Below, piece after piece: positions 1 to 14,380 of a stretch of 64,000 bases of DNA. Every line of letters starts with the position of its first letter. Position 1 is the stretch's first letter. The notes under the pieces are model-generated. The model was not told the origin of the DNA and ran no database searches. It saw only the letters and a list, made by a program, of their open reading frames with translations. This DNA is from the human T2T-CHM13v2.0 reference genome, Homo sapiens. The stretch lies in NCBI RefSeq assembly GCF_009914755.1, contig NC_060928.1. One strand, given 5' to 3'. The translations under genes and the position numbers were made by a program.

Positions 1-1000
1 TTGGTTGGGTGACTGACTGGACCAATTCATCTTAGTAGTTCTCAAGCACCAATTGAAACTGTCTTCTTGGTTCAGACCACCTCCCCAAAGAAGACTTGGA
101 AATTTACCAACATGCCAGATCCTGAAGCCAAATTTTCAAAAATGTGAAAATTCCTGTAAGCCACAGAAAATTACTATCTAACCCTTCATCCTTATTGATA
201 CCTGCATACCATTCAGAGACTGACTCCTACCCTTAGGTGTCCTCATCGGCATAATGTAGACCATAACAACTCCTTTTCTATCCCTGCAAATCTAATGAGT
301 CATGATAATTCAAGCTCTGCAATGTTTCAACTTGCCTCAACAGGACAAAACATAGTAAATCTTATTCAGGATCTTTTTCATACTGCAACTAAAACTCCGT
401 GCTACCTTTCCTGTCATCTAAGACACAGGATGCAGTGTGGCCCATAAACCCAATGAATGTAAAGTATCCTTCAGGCTGCCCACCATGATGATAGCCTCCA
501 ACCCACACATACCTCCAGGAGACTAGAAACCTCATGGTTTTGCTTCATTTTATAGAGCTGCACAGAGGCATGGAACAGTTAAAGCACATAATGATTCAGC
601 CTACCACTGGGATAGAAACAGATCAAGGAACTTGCTCTCATTTCTTCACCTGAATTTTTCAAATTCCTATGTCGTCAATAGTATTCATTTGCTTTGTTTC
701 CATGTAACATTGATGACAAAACAAAAATTGTTCACATTTGAGAATTTTTTTCATATCTAAGAGCTCTATCTTGACTTGCTACAATTTAGGACTCAGTGAC
801 ATCTTTTGCCTAATTTTGTATCATAGTTCCTAGAATTTCTTCAGAATGAAGAAGAGAAACTAGCTGTGTTATTCAAACATATTACCTACCTCATAGTATA
901 GACATAGCTTGTCTAGCCTTCATGAGGAAGGAGGACCTGGTTTTCTTTTGGAGAAACCCAATACATTCCTACCTTGGAGTAAGCAACACATTTCAACAGT
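1..1000 (+). mobile_element. Possible decayed ERV internal fragment (pol end/env)
   Basis: Weak similarity of TGPIHL...TWKF...DPEAKFSK to ERV integrase C-termini, followed by env-like composition; family not identified. Confidence 0.3.
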
Positions 1001-1727
1001 CTCAAACTATTCATGATGTGGTTGAAAACTCACAAAATTTTCAGCACATTAATTCTCATTAATTAAAAACTAATTAAGCTTTCCTAACAGCTGCTTTACA
1101 AGGAGAAACATATGTCACAAAAACAAAGAATGATACAGTGTCAGAACCAGAGAAGGGATGACAAACATTGCTTTTAATAAATATTTTGCCAGCTACAAGC
1201 TTTGAAATATGAGTAGAAGGCAAGCTTTAAATTGTTATATTTTATTATTAAATTGCTGCTACTGAAAAAGTTTAGGAATTAAGTAGCCTACTTAAGTGGC
1301 TGTTTTTAATTTTTAAAAATTGGACATCAGTATTATTTTTTAAACACACATAGATACCTATATGCAAAGATAACCCATAACTTCCTGAATTTGAAAAATA
1401 AACAAATACAGCTTGCATATTCGCTACACAAAAGATTCATAGTAGGAGACCTTTAAGAATTAGTTCTTCTGATATGTAATAAAATAAGATTCAATTTACA
1501 AAAATTCAAGTTATCTAAAGCTTTCAGGATCACAGCTATTTCCTGGAGGCAAGGGTATCAGTATCTATTTCATACTATGTAAAAAAGTATCTGATAGTTA
1601 ATATTTAATTCCTTTCCAAAATTAGGTTGACTTTAAAATTAAATGCTAACCCTCTATTAATATCTGTTTACAAAAGTTATCTATAAGATTTATTGCTAGA
1701 AATAAAAGCACACTAAAATTAAGCTGA

Positions 1728-2070
<343 letters not shown>

Positions 2071-3299
2071 TTATATCATTTGACTTTTTAGTGCTAGAAA
2101 GAGTAACTGAATAATTAACATGCTCAAGTACTTCTCTAGACACTGTTTTTTAAAAAAGCTTTGAACATACCTGATTGACATAGTTGACATGATGTATGTG
2201 ATACAAAACTCTATTCACACATGATGTTTTTTTAATGAGTACAATTCTTTCCAAATCAACATATTAGGAGTTAAAATTAAAAATATGCAGTGCAGCAATA
2301 TATACACATAATTGGGACTCTCAGATTGTAATTCTGCATGACTAAACATTTTTAAACTTATTTCTCACTCAGATTTCTCCATGGAAAGATCATAGTAAAA
2401 ATGACCATAAACTGATTACCATATGTATGAAAACCCCTCTCACATGTACAGCCTCCAAAGTTTTTGATGTGTCCAATGGCTCAATCACCAATCATGAATA
2501 TTTTTAATTAGGTCTCTCTCAGCATCACTAAATGAAGTTTTAGATTCCTACTTCATAATAATCATTTTGTGTCTCTTTCCCTTTTTTTTTTTTTAATGAG
2601 TTTAGTACCTATACAGGAACTTTAGCAAGGCTTCAGGGAGAATATTGGGAAAAATACAATCACATAAGATCAATCGGTCCACCAACAAATACTTTCTGAG
2701 CACCTACTATTAGCACGGTACCCTAGGGCAGAGTTCTCCTAACTGATGTACCAAGGCAAGTGCCTGGGCCAGCTGTGCTTCTGGTGTACTGAAGCTTTGA
2801 TCCTCTCATTTCCTCATGGTGGCCGGGGAGAGGGGATGACTAGGCTGAAATTCTTCCTGTGAGCAGCTCTGCCACCCAGCTTCTCCTGAGAAAGCTTCCA
2901 AAGTTGGAGAAACAAAATATAAACATTTGAAAAGTGAAGTAAAAACTCATCATATAAATAACATCAGAAGACATGAATATAAATTACACCATGTTGCAGA
3001 GTATGTTTGTCAAATTAGTGGTATAGAAAAAATACTCTATGAAAAGAGGAAAAGAATAACATAGGCTGCATGGAACAAGTGGAAAATTAGCCTAAGCACC
3101 AAGAATGTGGAAAGGTCAGAAGGATGCTTTTGTACCAGAGGTTACAGTGCAACCATAGGACAAGCGTTGGGAAGACTGTTCAGAGGCACAGTAGACCACG
3201 ATGTCTGGAATATGGGCTTTGTGTCAGAGAGCAGCAAAAGGCAAAGTGTGAGTGAGATTGCGGGATGCCTGGAGGCTGAGCTGAAGAGAGAACACTACA

Positions 3300-3900
3300 T
3301 CCTGTTTATTCACGTATTCAACATATGTTTACCCAGGCCCTGCTGTGTGCAAGACACTATTCTGTGTGTTGGGGATACACCAGTAAGCAAGACAGAAATT
3401 CATGCCCTCATGGAGTTCACAGTTAACTGAGGGAGACAGATAATAAGCCAGAAAGTAAGTGAAGGATTAGTCTATTGGGAGGTGGTAAGTGCTGTGGAGG
3501 AAAACAAAGCAAAAGAAGAACAAGGAGCAAGAAGGCCAGAGCAGAAGTGGGGATCTGCTATATTAAGTAAGGTGGTCAAAGGACGCCTGACTGATTAGCT
3601 GGCATTTGAATGAAGCTTTAAATGGACTGAGGGAGTTAGCCATGTTGCTGTCTGGGGAAAACGCATTCCAGTCTTTGGGAACAGCCAATACAAAGGCTCT
3701 GAGGTGAGAATGTCCTGGGCATGTCTAAAGAATAGCGAGACGATCAATTCAGCTGGATTGGAATGAGTGATAGGAGAAGGGCGCTAAGAGGTAACAAATG
3801 GCTCACATTACAAGGCTTTGTAGGACACTGAAGATTTGGGATTTTATTCTGCATGGGTTGGGAAACCACTGGAGTGTTTTGAACAAAGTAGAATGACATT
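3300..3900 (-). mobile_element. L2 3' fragment
   Basis: ATTCAACATATGTTTA...TGTGTGCAAGACACTATTCT...CATGCCCTCATGGAGTTCACAG is the L2 3' end in antisense. Confidence 0.75.
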
Positions 3901-4694
3901 TACTAGTTCCAGCAGGTTGATCACAAAGTCAGATATAAAACAGTCTTGGAATCATAACTGCCGACACCTTCCCACCCTCCTTTGGTCCTAAATATTTGCT
4001 ACCATTTTAAGTAGAGTGCAATAGGAAAGTGGTATGGAAGTGCCAGCTGCTGGTCCTTGAACCATCAGAGAGGTACTGAAGCTGGGCTGGCGCTCACAGA
4101 GGCTCACAACCATGGAAAGTGTGAAAACCTCCGTCAGTGGCAGTGGGGAAACCACTGAAGATTTTTAACCAAGGGAGAAACAGGCTCTTAAAGGGGCAGT
4201 TTAGAAAAAGTAAACTGGTAGCAATTCATCAAATGAAATGAAGAAGAAAAAGAGGCCAATTAAAAGGGCTGGACAATAATTTCGGTATGTGCTGAACTTC
4301 TGAAGTAATCTAGAAAAGAAAGAAGATACAGAGCGTAGATAGGTATTGAAGGAAGAATCAAGAGAACTTGAAGGTTAACTGAATATAGAGTGTAAAAGAG
4401 AAAACAAGTCAAAGATGATCGATTTCTCAAATTCAGATGCCAGAAAGATGGATATAATTTTCCCAAAAAGTGGCAAAGTCAGAATATCTAGTTTGTTAAT
4501 TTTACTTTTTCCTTGAATTAGAGGGCTTGGGGGAAGAAAGGATAGAATTGAGAATCATTTGTTTTCTTTCATTGGGAGCATGAATGATGAATTTTTAACA
4601 AGTGATGGGGAACTGAGGGATCATCTAGAGTCCATAATTTTTAAACTGTGCTCCCCAGATTCCCAAGGGTTTTGCTCAAGATTTATGGGGATGC

Positions 4695-4835
4695 CACTGG
4701 GCTGCGGTGAGGCCCACTGGGCTGCGGTGAGGGGCTGCGGTGAGACCTGCTGGGCTGCGGTGAGGGGCTGCGGTGAGGCCTACTGGGCTGCGGTGAGGGG
4801 CTGCGGTGAGGGGCTGCGGTGAGGCCCACTGGGCT
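4695..4835. repeat. GC-rich minisatellite, 8 copies of GGGCTGCGGTGAG in a 33-bp higher-order unit
   Basis: Copies at 4699, 4719, 4732, 4752, 4765, 4785, 4798, 4811 (spacing 20/13). Confidence 0.95.
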
Positions 4836-4871
4836 TCCCTTACAGCACCTTTGCTTTGATTTCTTCATTTG

Positions 4872-5241
4872 CAGTGGGTCCCTCAGTGTCAGTGGGGGGT
4901 TGGTTCCCTCAGTGTCAGTCGGGGGTTGGTTCCAGGACCCCCCTCAGATACCAGAATCCAAGGATGCCCAGACCCTTATATAAAATGGTATAGTGTTTGT
5001 CTATAATATATGCATATAACATATGCAAATTCTTCTGTATAATTTAAATCACCTCTATATTATTTCTAACATCTAATACAATGTAAATGCTATGTAAACA
5101 GTTGTTATACTGTACAGTTTAGGGAATAATGACAAGAAAAATGTCTGTACATGTTTAGTACAGAGTGTTTTTCTGAATATTTTCAATCTGAGGTTGGTTG
5201 AATCCATAGATGTGAAACCCACAGATCCAGAGGTCTGACTG
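4872..5241 (+). mobile_element. MER2 (TcMar-Tigger MITE) with a ~27-bp internal tandem duplication at the 5' end
   Basis: GGTTCCAGGACCCCC...ATACC...AATACAATGTAAATGCTATGTAAA...GGTTGGTTGAATCCA...GACTG matches MER2. Confidence 0.88.
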
Positions 5242-6265
5242 CATTTGACTTCCAGTTAAGATTTCTTTCACCCTCTGGATAATACATTACTGACAAATGA
5301 ACAAAATCTCAAGTCAAATGTTTTCTGAGGCCTATCATAGCATTCAAACTTTAATTGTTAGATTACTCTTCCTTCCATTGACTTTGGATTGTATTAAAAG
5401 TAGTTCTCCGCTGGTTCTTCAAAATAGTACAGAAGAACCCTCATCCCTTTATCCCACATAGAATTTATCATGTTTCCCACATGGCGAATACTCAGAATTG
5501 ACCAAACTGCCCTTCAATGTGGTGACAGTGACTCAAATCGCTATCTTGAAATAGGTCCAGTGTCTCCAAGGTCCTTAAGGACCTTGGCTTCTAGTGATTT
5601 AGACTCACTAGAACCAGGCAGCAGACAGACATACCTGAATGGAAATCCAAAATAAATGTTTCTAAACACAGCCTTGTCTTAGAAAACGAACAAACTAAAA
5701 TTAGCCCAAACATTAAAAATACCTGCTATGTTCAAGCCAATATACTTGACACTACAAATCAAATGAAAGAACCATGGAATGAACTGTGTTTGTTTGCCTG
5801 TAATTGTATGCTTTTAGTTCCGAGTCTGCTTCAACGTGAGAGTTCAGAAAGCATCCACTAACACAGTTAAGAGTACTCTAAGAGACTAAGAGGTAGGTCT
5901 GAAATACTCATCATCACAAATCCTGTGACACCAATTCCACTAACACTTTAAAAGGTTAGCTTTTACCAAGCAGATGCCATTAGAAAGATGACTTAGATTT
6001 TTGTCCAGGATCTTGTCTACTGACTCTAACCAACTTTCAACACTGAGGCCATAATCATGGTCCACTTTTCAGAGGTCAAAGCTGATATCCCAATTCTAAG
6101 AAAAAAATATCGTATATCAAATATAAAACAAGAAATAAGCAATACGGGTTTTTATAAATTTAAAATAACTGTTAAAACCTGATTTCCCAATTATTTGAGA
6201 TTATAATTCTTTGCTATGTACTCTTGCCTCACAGCCTTGCTTTTAAAATATAAACCATGAATCAT

Positions 6266-6266
<1 letters not shown>

Positions 6267-6292
<26 letters not shown>
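6267..6292. repeat. (AC)n microsatellite
   Basis: Direct reading. Confidence 0.95.
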
Positions 6293-6297
<5 letters not shown>

Positions 6298-6549
6298 ATC
6301 TATCTTATAAAAGAGAATCACACACTAATTATGTACACCTGTTGCCCTAAATATCAACACAATGTAAGACTTTCAAAGTAATTTGCAGAGGCACATGTTT
6401 CTGGACTGCAATTAATAAAATATATGGCATATATCCTCAATAAGAATTATTTCATATGCAGGGAAGTTTAACCCCTTCTCATCTGAACAAGCAAGTCGCT
6501 AATTTCTGCTGCAATGTTTGTCCTCGTGGGAGGGAAGGCATGCTGACCA

Positions 6550-6760
6550 GGTGCCAGGCTCAGTGCTAGGCACTATGTAGGTGTTTCACCTGAGTCTCGT
6601 AATAACCCTGTAAGTTTGCTATTGTTGACACTAATTTAGCAGATTAAAACAAAACAAAAGTAAAACTCTGGAAAGTTAAGTAATTTGGTTGAGTTCACAC
6701 AATTAGTAAGCGAGAATTCAAACTCACATCTCTCTAACTCAGAAATCCATGTGCTTTCCT
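6550..6760 (-). mobile_element. MIR
   Basis: GTGCCAGGC..GTGCTAGG...AACCCTGTAAG...GTTAAGTAATTTG...TTCAAACTCACATCT, MIR core in antisense. Confidence 0.7.
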
Positions 6761-7159
6761 CCTCGATGGGCTATTTCAGAATCAAGGCGAGATGGAGGTA
6801 AATGGTCCTTCTATATTCCTCACTGATGTAAGAGGCTTTGTACACTATGGGATCCATAAAAATTGACTAGTCCTCAGTAGCTACAAATATTTGTAATACA
6901 GAAACTACAAATGGTAAATAAAAACTCACAAAAGATGAATACAGATGAAGCATTGTAGGAGCTTAGAAAACACAAACAGATTCAGAGAAATACTCTGCCG
7001 GATTAGCATCTACAGAAGACACTGCTCAAATACCAGCACACCCACTCATGTCCCTCTTGTATTCTTTATTTATGCTAATGGTGGTGTTAGTGACCTTTCC
7101 AGTCTTCTCCCCTGTTGCTTAGAGTCCCTCTAATGAAAACCTTAGAAAAACCAACCCTT

Positions 7160-7503
<344 letters not shown>

Positions 7504-8014
7504 TTAGTACCTGGTCCTCTTTTTCCAGCCCTAATGCTACAAGACAAGTTTAAGCACATGCTAGCCTCTACCTGGAAGCCTTGTAGTAAGTCTCCCAAGC
7601 TTCACTCTTTTTAGGCTCACATTCCATCTACGTATCTTACTAGATGATCTTATTAAATTACTTGTCAGGTCATGCTGCTCCATGATTTATTTTTTTTCTG
7701 TGGTATTTCTATGGCCCACTAATTAATGACCAAGCGCCTCAGCTGAGATTCCTTCTGGCGGGAAGCACTAAGGCACCCTTCACAGAGAAGCAGCGTTTGA
7801 GCCAAGGAGGAAGGATTTTGACAATTGGAAATGTGAATGTAGACTGTAAAAGCAATGCACAAAAAGGAAATAGGAAAGTATCATTGACAAGTAGGAGCCA
7901 GAGAATAAGACTTTTGGCTTGAATCAGGAAGTCCTATGGAGACAGACAGAAGATGGAAAAAAAAAATTTGTTGATTTATTCAACAATTGTATTTTATATT
8001 TTCAGAGTCCTTTT

Positions 8015-8017
<3 letters not shown>

Positions 8018-8050
<33 letters not shown>
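8018..8050. repeat. (AC)n microsatellite
   Basis: Direct reading. Confidence 0.95.
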
Positions 8051-8699
8051 ACGGTATCGCAGAACATACAGACATGCAAGACTCTCAAAGCTATTACAGA
8101 AGAGATATCCTGTATATACCTAACTGTGACATAAGGCAAAGTATGATATGTTCCATAAAAGTGATACAATGTATTACAGAAACTGAAAGAAGGGAGAGAA
8201 GATGCTCTTCTAGGTATGCTTTTACAGAAATACAGCTATAACTACAGTTTAAAATTATATGTAAGTACTTAAAATAGTCCAGAGTATTTTGAAAATTCAG
8301 AGAACAGAAAGATCTCTTCTCACAGGCAATAGAGTATCTTCATAGAGAAGACAGTTTTGGAACTGAGCCTTGAAAGAGAATGTACAATTTTCACAGGTAT
8401 AGACTAGAGAAAGACTTTTTTTAGGCAAAGAGAAAGATCTCATCCAAGTCACCGTGGAGGGTAACACAAAGCGTATTGAGAAAGATCAGATAGTTTGGCT
8501 GGAACACATGGGCCAGGAAAAGCAGGACAGAAGACAACCAAACAATAATATGACATCCAGCCACCTACCTAATGTTTGAGTTTCGTACCTTTTACAATTG
8601 ATTCTGTTTTTGAACAGCTGTGAATATTGGAAATGTGACGGTGTTTGCAATCTACTGGGGAAGAAAGACAATTTAACAGGCAATGACAATAAATTGGAA

Positions 8700-10150
8700 T
8701 AAGTAGTAATGAAAATGCAAGGTGATTTGCCACTCAGACCAGGGCTAGGAAAAGCTCCCTAGAGAATGGGATTCCAAGTTAGAACTGAGGGAGTATTGAC
8801 CAATAGCCAGGCAAAGGAAATAGAGGTTTTTCAGATCATGTGACCAGTATAGGCAAAGACCTAAAGCCAGAGGGCACGATTTGTTCCAGGGACTGAAAGA
8901 AGTCAAGCTGATAAAAGGAAAATATCAATAAAATTTTTAAGAAGGTATGGAGCAGGCCTTGTAATGCTTCATTAACCGTGATAAAGAATTTAATACAAAT
9001 TCTTTAAGAAGTAGTGTTCCAGGCATCACTAAGAAGCCATTGAAGACTTTAAAGCGGTGACCTGATCATGTTCCTATTTTAAAGAATCACTCTCACTGCC
9101 CCAGGAGAAACTTCGGGAATGGGAAAAGACCTAAGAGAGGCAGACCAGTCAGAAACTCGTGTGGCAATCCACCTAGAGGAAATAGTCCAGTCCAGTAGTA
9201 AAGAGGTGGAAAGGAAGGAAAGAGGTGGAAAGATACTAGAGAGAGCTGTAGTGGGAATGGGGTCTGGGTCTGGGCTTGTAATTGACATCATGGAAGGTAA
9301 TAAAATCATCCAAGGAATATGTGGGTCTATTTAGCGCAAAGTAAGTTCTGGACATCCAACACTGTGGAGGATCAACATTTGATCAAAGGACAAAAGAGTG
9401 TGTTAAATGGAAAAAACTTACTAGCTAAAAGAAATCTGGAAAGAAAACTATAACAGTGAATGGTCTCAGATGTGAAGAGAAGAGAGTATTTCAATAGGGA
9501 GTGGTCAATATTGTCAAGTGTTACTCAGGGAATAAGCATATCCATGAGAACCAGCAACAGATAGATCCTCAGGCCCCGGGTGAGAACAGTGTTCAGAATG
9601 GTGGACTAAAGCCAGACTGCAGCTGTTGGAAGAATAAGTGGAAGGACACATACACTGCTCTCCCAAGGAATATGGTGATGAAGGAGAGGTGAAGGCCAGG
9701 AAAGGAGCTCAACCTAGAAGAAATGGGATCCCAGGAGGGTGTTTGTTTGTTTCCAACGTAGGAGACACTTGAGCACATTTAAATGCAAATATGAAGGAGC
9801 CAGTAGAGGGCAAAGCTTGAGAATACAGTAACAAGCAGGGTTTTGAAAAGGTAAAAAGGAATGAGATCCAGGGTACAATTCCTCTGCAGTAAGAGAAGAG
9901 AGACATTTTTTTTGTAACTGCATGAAAGGCAAAAGTATGGATGTGAATGCAAATAAATTTCTAGGTTCAATTGCCTGATGTTTAGTGAGAATTATGTTGG
10001 ATTCTATTTTCTACAAGATGGAGGAAGCAAATCACTGGTGAGAGTGAGAGGTCAGAAATTTAAGAAGAATAAAGAATAGAAAAGCTATCTAGAGCAACAT
10101 GGCAGAACTGATGTACAGCTTTGAGGGCTCAGCTGAGGTTAGAGGTCATT
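8700..10150 (-). mobile_element. L2 fragments
   Basis: Purine-rich L2 antisense signatures (GAAGCCATTGAAG...TTTAAAGAATCACTCT, AAGCCAGACTGCAG). Confidence 0.55.
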
Positions 10151-10389
10151 ACATTATTTTGGCCTGATCTGTACAGTTGCACATTTTTTTCAAATATCCT
10201 CAGCAGCTTCTAGTTAGCCAAGGGCAGACAGACTTGGATTTAACAGAGAGTTGTAGAGTAAGCAGTAAAATGACTACTCAAAGTGGTACTAAACAAAAGT
10301 CAATTTTAACGGGGTGTCCCAATGGTGTATGAAGTATAGTGAGAGGCCATTTTGATTAGAGTGTGAAAACTGTGCTTCATCTCATCCCC

Positions 10390-10620
10390 ACAAATCTCAG
10401 TGGCTTGATCTAATAGATTCAGAACCCAGGTTCCTTCTATCTAGTTGCTCTGTTATTCCCTAGGACTTTGGAGTCCTCCACTGGGTCTTCTGCATCCAGT
10501 TGGCAGATGAGGTAAAGAGAGAACATGGAGGATTGTGGGAGTTTTAATGAACCTGACCCGGAAGTAGTGCACATCACTTCTGCACACATCCATTGGTTGT
10601 CACATGGCCACATCAAAACA
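10390..10620. mobile_element. Old MLT1-type MaLR LTR fragment
   Basis: AACCCAGGTTCCTTCTATCTAGTTGCTCTG...GAAGTAGTGCACATCACTTCTGC...AGTCACATGGCC-like sequence. Confidence 0.55.
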
Positions 10621-10859
10621 GTTTTGTTAAGCATCTGACTTGACTACCATAGAGGCATAGAGTCAAGTTAGCAGGCTTTGTAATAATCTAAGCATGAAGA
10701 AATACAGGCTGAATAAGGCCAATAGTAGTAGAAATGAAATAAAAAGCACATTGGGAGAAAATCAACAGATTTGGTGATTGCTTAGATCAAGGATAATAAG
10801 CAAGGTTCTGTCTAAAGCACAGCATTAAAAAGAATTATGAGATCAAAATTCAGGATATG

Positions 10860-11130
10860 AGGTCCACTCTAACCACCCTGTTTAAAGTTGAGATCCTTTC
10901 CCCTAACATCCCCCATTTACCCTTACATGGCTCCGTTATCTTTCATAGCACAGGACACCTTCTACCATACTATATAATTTACCTACTGGTCATTGTCTTT
11001 CTCCTTCCACCATAATGAAAGAAAATTGAGGGGAGGAGTTTCGCAGTCTTGTTTATTACTCTTTCTTCAGTGCTTAAGACAGTGTCTGGTATATGAGGGT
11101 CATTGAATTACTGCTTGTTGAATTATTGAA
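10860..11130 (+). mobile_element. L2a 3' end
   Basis: CTTCATAGCAC...ACCTTCTACCATACTATATAATTTAC...CAGTGCTTAAGACAGTGTCTGG...TTGTTGAAT. Confidence 0.7.
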
Positions 11131-11408
11131 TGGCACGATTGATTAACAATGACCATTATGGTGCGGTCAAGTTCAAGTGGAAATACATTCATGTATTTAC
11201 TAATTACTGGCTTAGCTATAGAAAGGAAAAGAAGACTCTGACATCATAACAGAGATTCAAGGTAGGATGTCTGGACGAATAGACTCAGGGAAAATATTTT
11301 GTATGTGGAGTGAAAAATGGTATTTGACTTTGGAAACATCATAATTGAGATGAAGGTAAAATATCCAGGTGGACATACTAAGCAAGACATTGACAATGTA
11401 ACGCCTAA

Positions 11409-11783
<375 letters not shown>

Positions 11784-13188
11784 TCAACACATACATACAA
11801 AAAAGATAAGTATGAATATCTTAATTAGCTTAATCTAATAATTTCACAATGTGAGTATATATATACACACACATATGTACATATATATATATAAACATGA
11901 CATTGTATACCATATGCATATGTGTAATGCAATTTTTGTAAATTACACCTTAACAAAACTGGAAGAAAAAAGATAACAAAAATCTCAGGATAACAAGATG
12001 GGAAGTTATTCAATGGGCAATATAATGTTGAGTAACCAAATTATATGATCTAAAGGACGTTCAAGGGTAATTAATCTAAGGGTCTCCTATGCGGTAGAAT
12101 AACTATCACAACTTAACCTGTCAAAAAATATTTCCATAAGGAATATCTTTATTGCAGCACTTCATCAATATCACTGCACCTACATGAAGTGTACCACATA
12201 CACAGCAGAAAACCAACTTTTGTTTTCTGTTGGTTCTTCTGTTGAAAAATGATCACATTTAAGCCCTCTTGTGGTGGCTCTGCATAGAAACAGTCCTACC
12301 TCTTGAGGAGTCCTGAAGCAAACTACTCCTTGACAACACAATGGAACAACAAATCATTTTTTTATTATCCTGTATCTGTGTCTTTAAGGAACAGAGAAAT
12401 AATCTCTTTTCTCCTCACAATCTCTCTTTTCTTCATATCCATCCCAGCTGCAAAGTGATAGCTAAAACACATGAATAATAGTAATACTGGTGAAAATCAG
12501 AGTCAACAAATACAAAAGCTTAGATAAATGACCTAAACACAGTGATATTATGTGTTTTATAATTCACATTTTCATCAGATAGCCATATAAATTATTTTAA
12601 TTGCTATATTAAACATTTGAATTGCACCTAAATTAGCAATTGTGAAATTTAAAAGGAATAGAAATAAGTAGAACTGTTATAAATGTCATATCTTGTCTAA
12701 AAATACTTAGAAATATTGAAGACAATGTCTGAGCTCCACATCAGTTACTAATTAGGTGTTTTTGTTTAAGTAAAGCAATTGTTAATGTCCCAGTGACAAC
12801 TTCAATTCATAGAATACTTGTTATTACCTAATATGCCAAATGGTAACTTAGCCAGTGACTCCAGCATAATCTTGGTCAAAATCAATTTTCCAATCCAGCA
12901 TACAGCACAAAAAAGTACATTCTTCTAATATTTTTGGTGCCACACTTTTCCTTTTTATTCCCCATAAAGCATTTGACCCAACTTACAGTAAAACTTCCAA
13001 ATGGCCTCATATTTTTCTATTCTCATCAGAATAATATGGGACATATCAAACATTTTTCAATTTTGAAAGAAAATTCAAGATCAGTTTATGAGTAGTTTCG
13101 GAGGCTAGTTGTTACATAAGATTTAAATATTCACATACTCCCTAAAATTGATAGAGTATAAATTTAAGAAATATATGAACCTCTAGAG

Positions 13189-13572
13189 CAGGAGTCCCCA
13201 ATCCCCGGGCCATGGGCCAGTACCAATCCATGGCCTGTTAGGAACTGGGCTGCACAGCAAGAAGTGAATGGGGGTAAGTGAGCACTGCCTGAGCTCCGCC
13301 TTTTGTCAGATCAGCATTAGATTCTCATAGGAGTGTGACCCTATTGTGAACTGCACATGTGAGGGATCTAGGTTGGGCACTCCTTAGGAGAATCTCATGT
13401 CTGATGATCTGAGGTGGAACAGTTTCATCCCAAAACCATCCCCCTCCCCCCACTTCACCTCCTCCCACCCCATCTGTCACCCCCACCCCACCCCTACCCC
13501 GTGCCCATCCATGGAGGAAAAATTGTCTTCCACAAAACCTGTCCCTGGTGCCAAAAAGCCTGGGGACCACTG
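13189..13572 (+). mobile_element. MER1B (hAT-Charlie) with a C-rich internal tract
   Basis: CAGGAGTCCCCAA...GGGGACCACTG termini; 8-bp TSD CTCTAGAG / CCCTAGAG. Confidence 0.88.
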
Positions 13573-13924
13573 CCCTAGAGAGAATTTCAGAAAATTCCAA
13601 GCATTCTAACAGATGCAATAAAAAAACTGAAGAGTTTCTCTGTACATAGCCAAAATATAAACATTTTTCTTAATAACTTTTTAGGACACGTTACAATAAA
13701 ATGAGCATGACTAATTCAATATATCTACAATGATTACTTAGAATCTAAAATAGAAAATAGCGTAAAATAAAAGCAGTCTTGGACTTACAAAAAGTTCATT
13801 TCCAGAAGTTCACTTCCAAGTCATTTATTTTAAACACATAATGCATTATTCCAAAGGAAGGGAAAAGGTATACCTAATGGTTGCTTCTTTAGGTTAGCCC
13901 TCAAAAAATGTTATTTAACTATAA

Positions 13925-13988
13925 TTTTTTTTTTTTTTGTGAGACAGAGTCTTGCTCTGTCGCCAGGCTGCAGTGCAGTGGCATGATC
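13925..13988 (-). mobile_element. Severely 5'-truncated Alu (AluSc-like)
   Basis: poly-T plus ~50 nt of the Alu 3' end with CTGTCGCCAGG; TSD TTAACTATAA (13915-13924 / 13989-13998). Confidence 0.85.
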
Positions 13989-14134
13989 TTAACTATAAAA
14001 TTATTGAAATATTTAAAATAACATTTTTAAAAACTAATCTTTTGACAAACATGTTCATGTAAAAAGAGAAAACATAATAATATGAAAGAACATACAATGT
14101 TAAATGTTTTTAGAAGATCCTGAGAGAACAAAGT

Positions 14135-14380
14135 TAGTGGCAGCCCAAAGAAATTAGAGTCTAAAAGCCAGGGTTCACATCTGCCATTTGTCAGCTGTGC
14201 TACCCTAGGCAAGTTACTGAACGTCTCTGTGTTTCATTTTCCTCTCCCACAAAACAGAAGTAATAATAGAACGTTTCTCATCATATCTGAAAGGATTTAA
14301 TGCTTTAATAGACGTAAAACACTTAGCACAGTTCTTTGTTCACAGTAGGCTCAAAATAGTGTTCTACCGTTATTATTCTG
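14135..14380 (+). mobile_element. MIR
   Basis: GGGTTCAC..CTGCCATTTGTCAGCTGTG..CCTAGGCAAGTTACTGAAC..CTCTGTG...CTTAGCACAG. Confidence 0.8.

Noticed and set aside
4695-4835. CRISPR-like repeat/spacer appearance of the minisatellite
   Set aside because: Eukaryotic DNA; linkers are 0-7 bp and mutually similar; no cas genes
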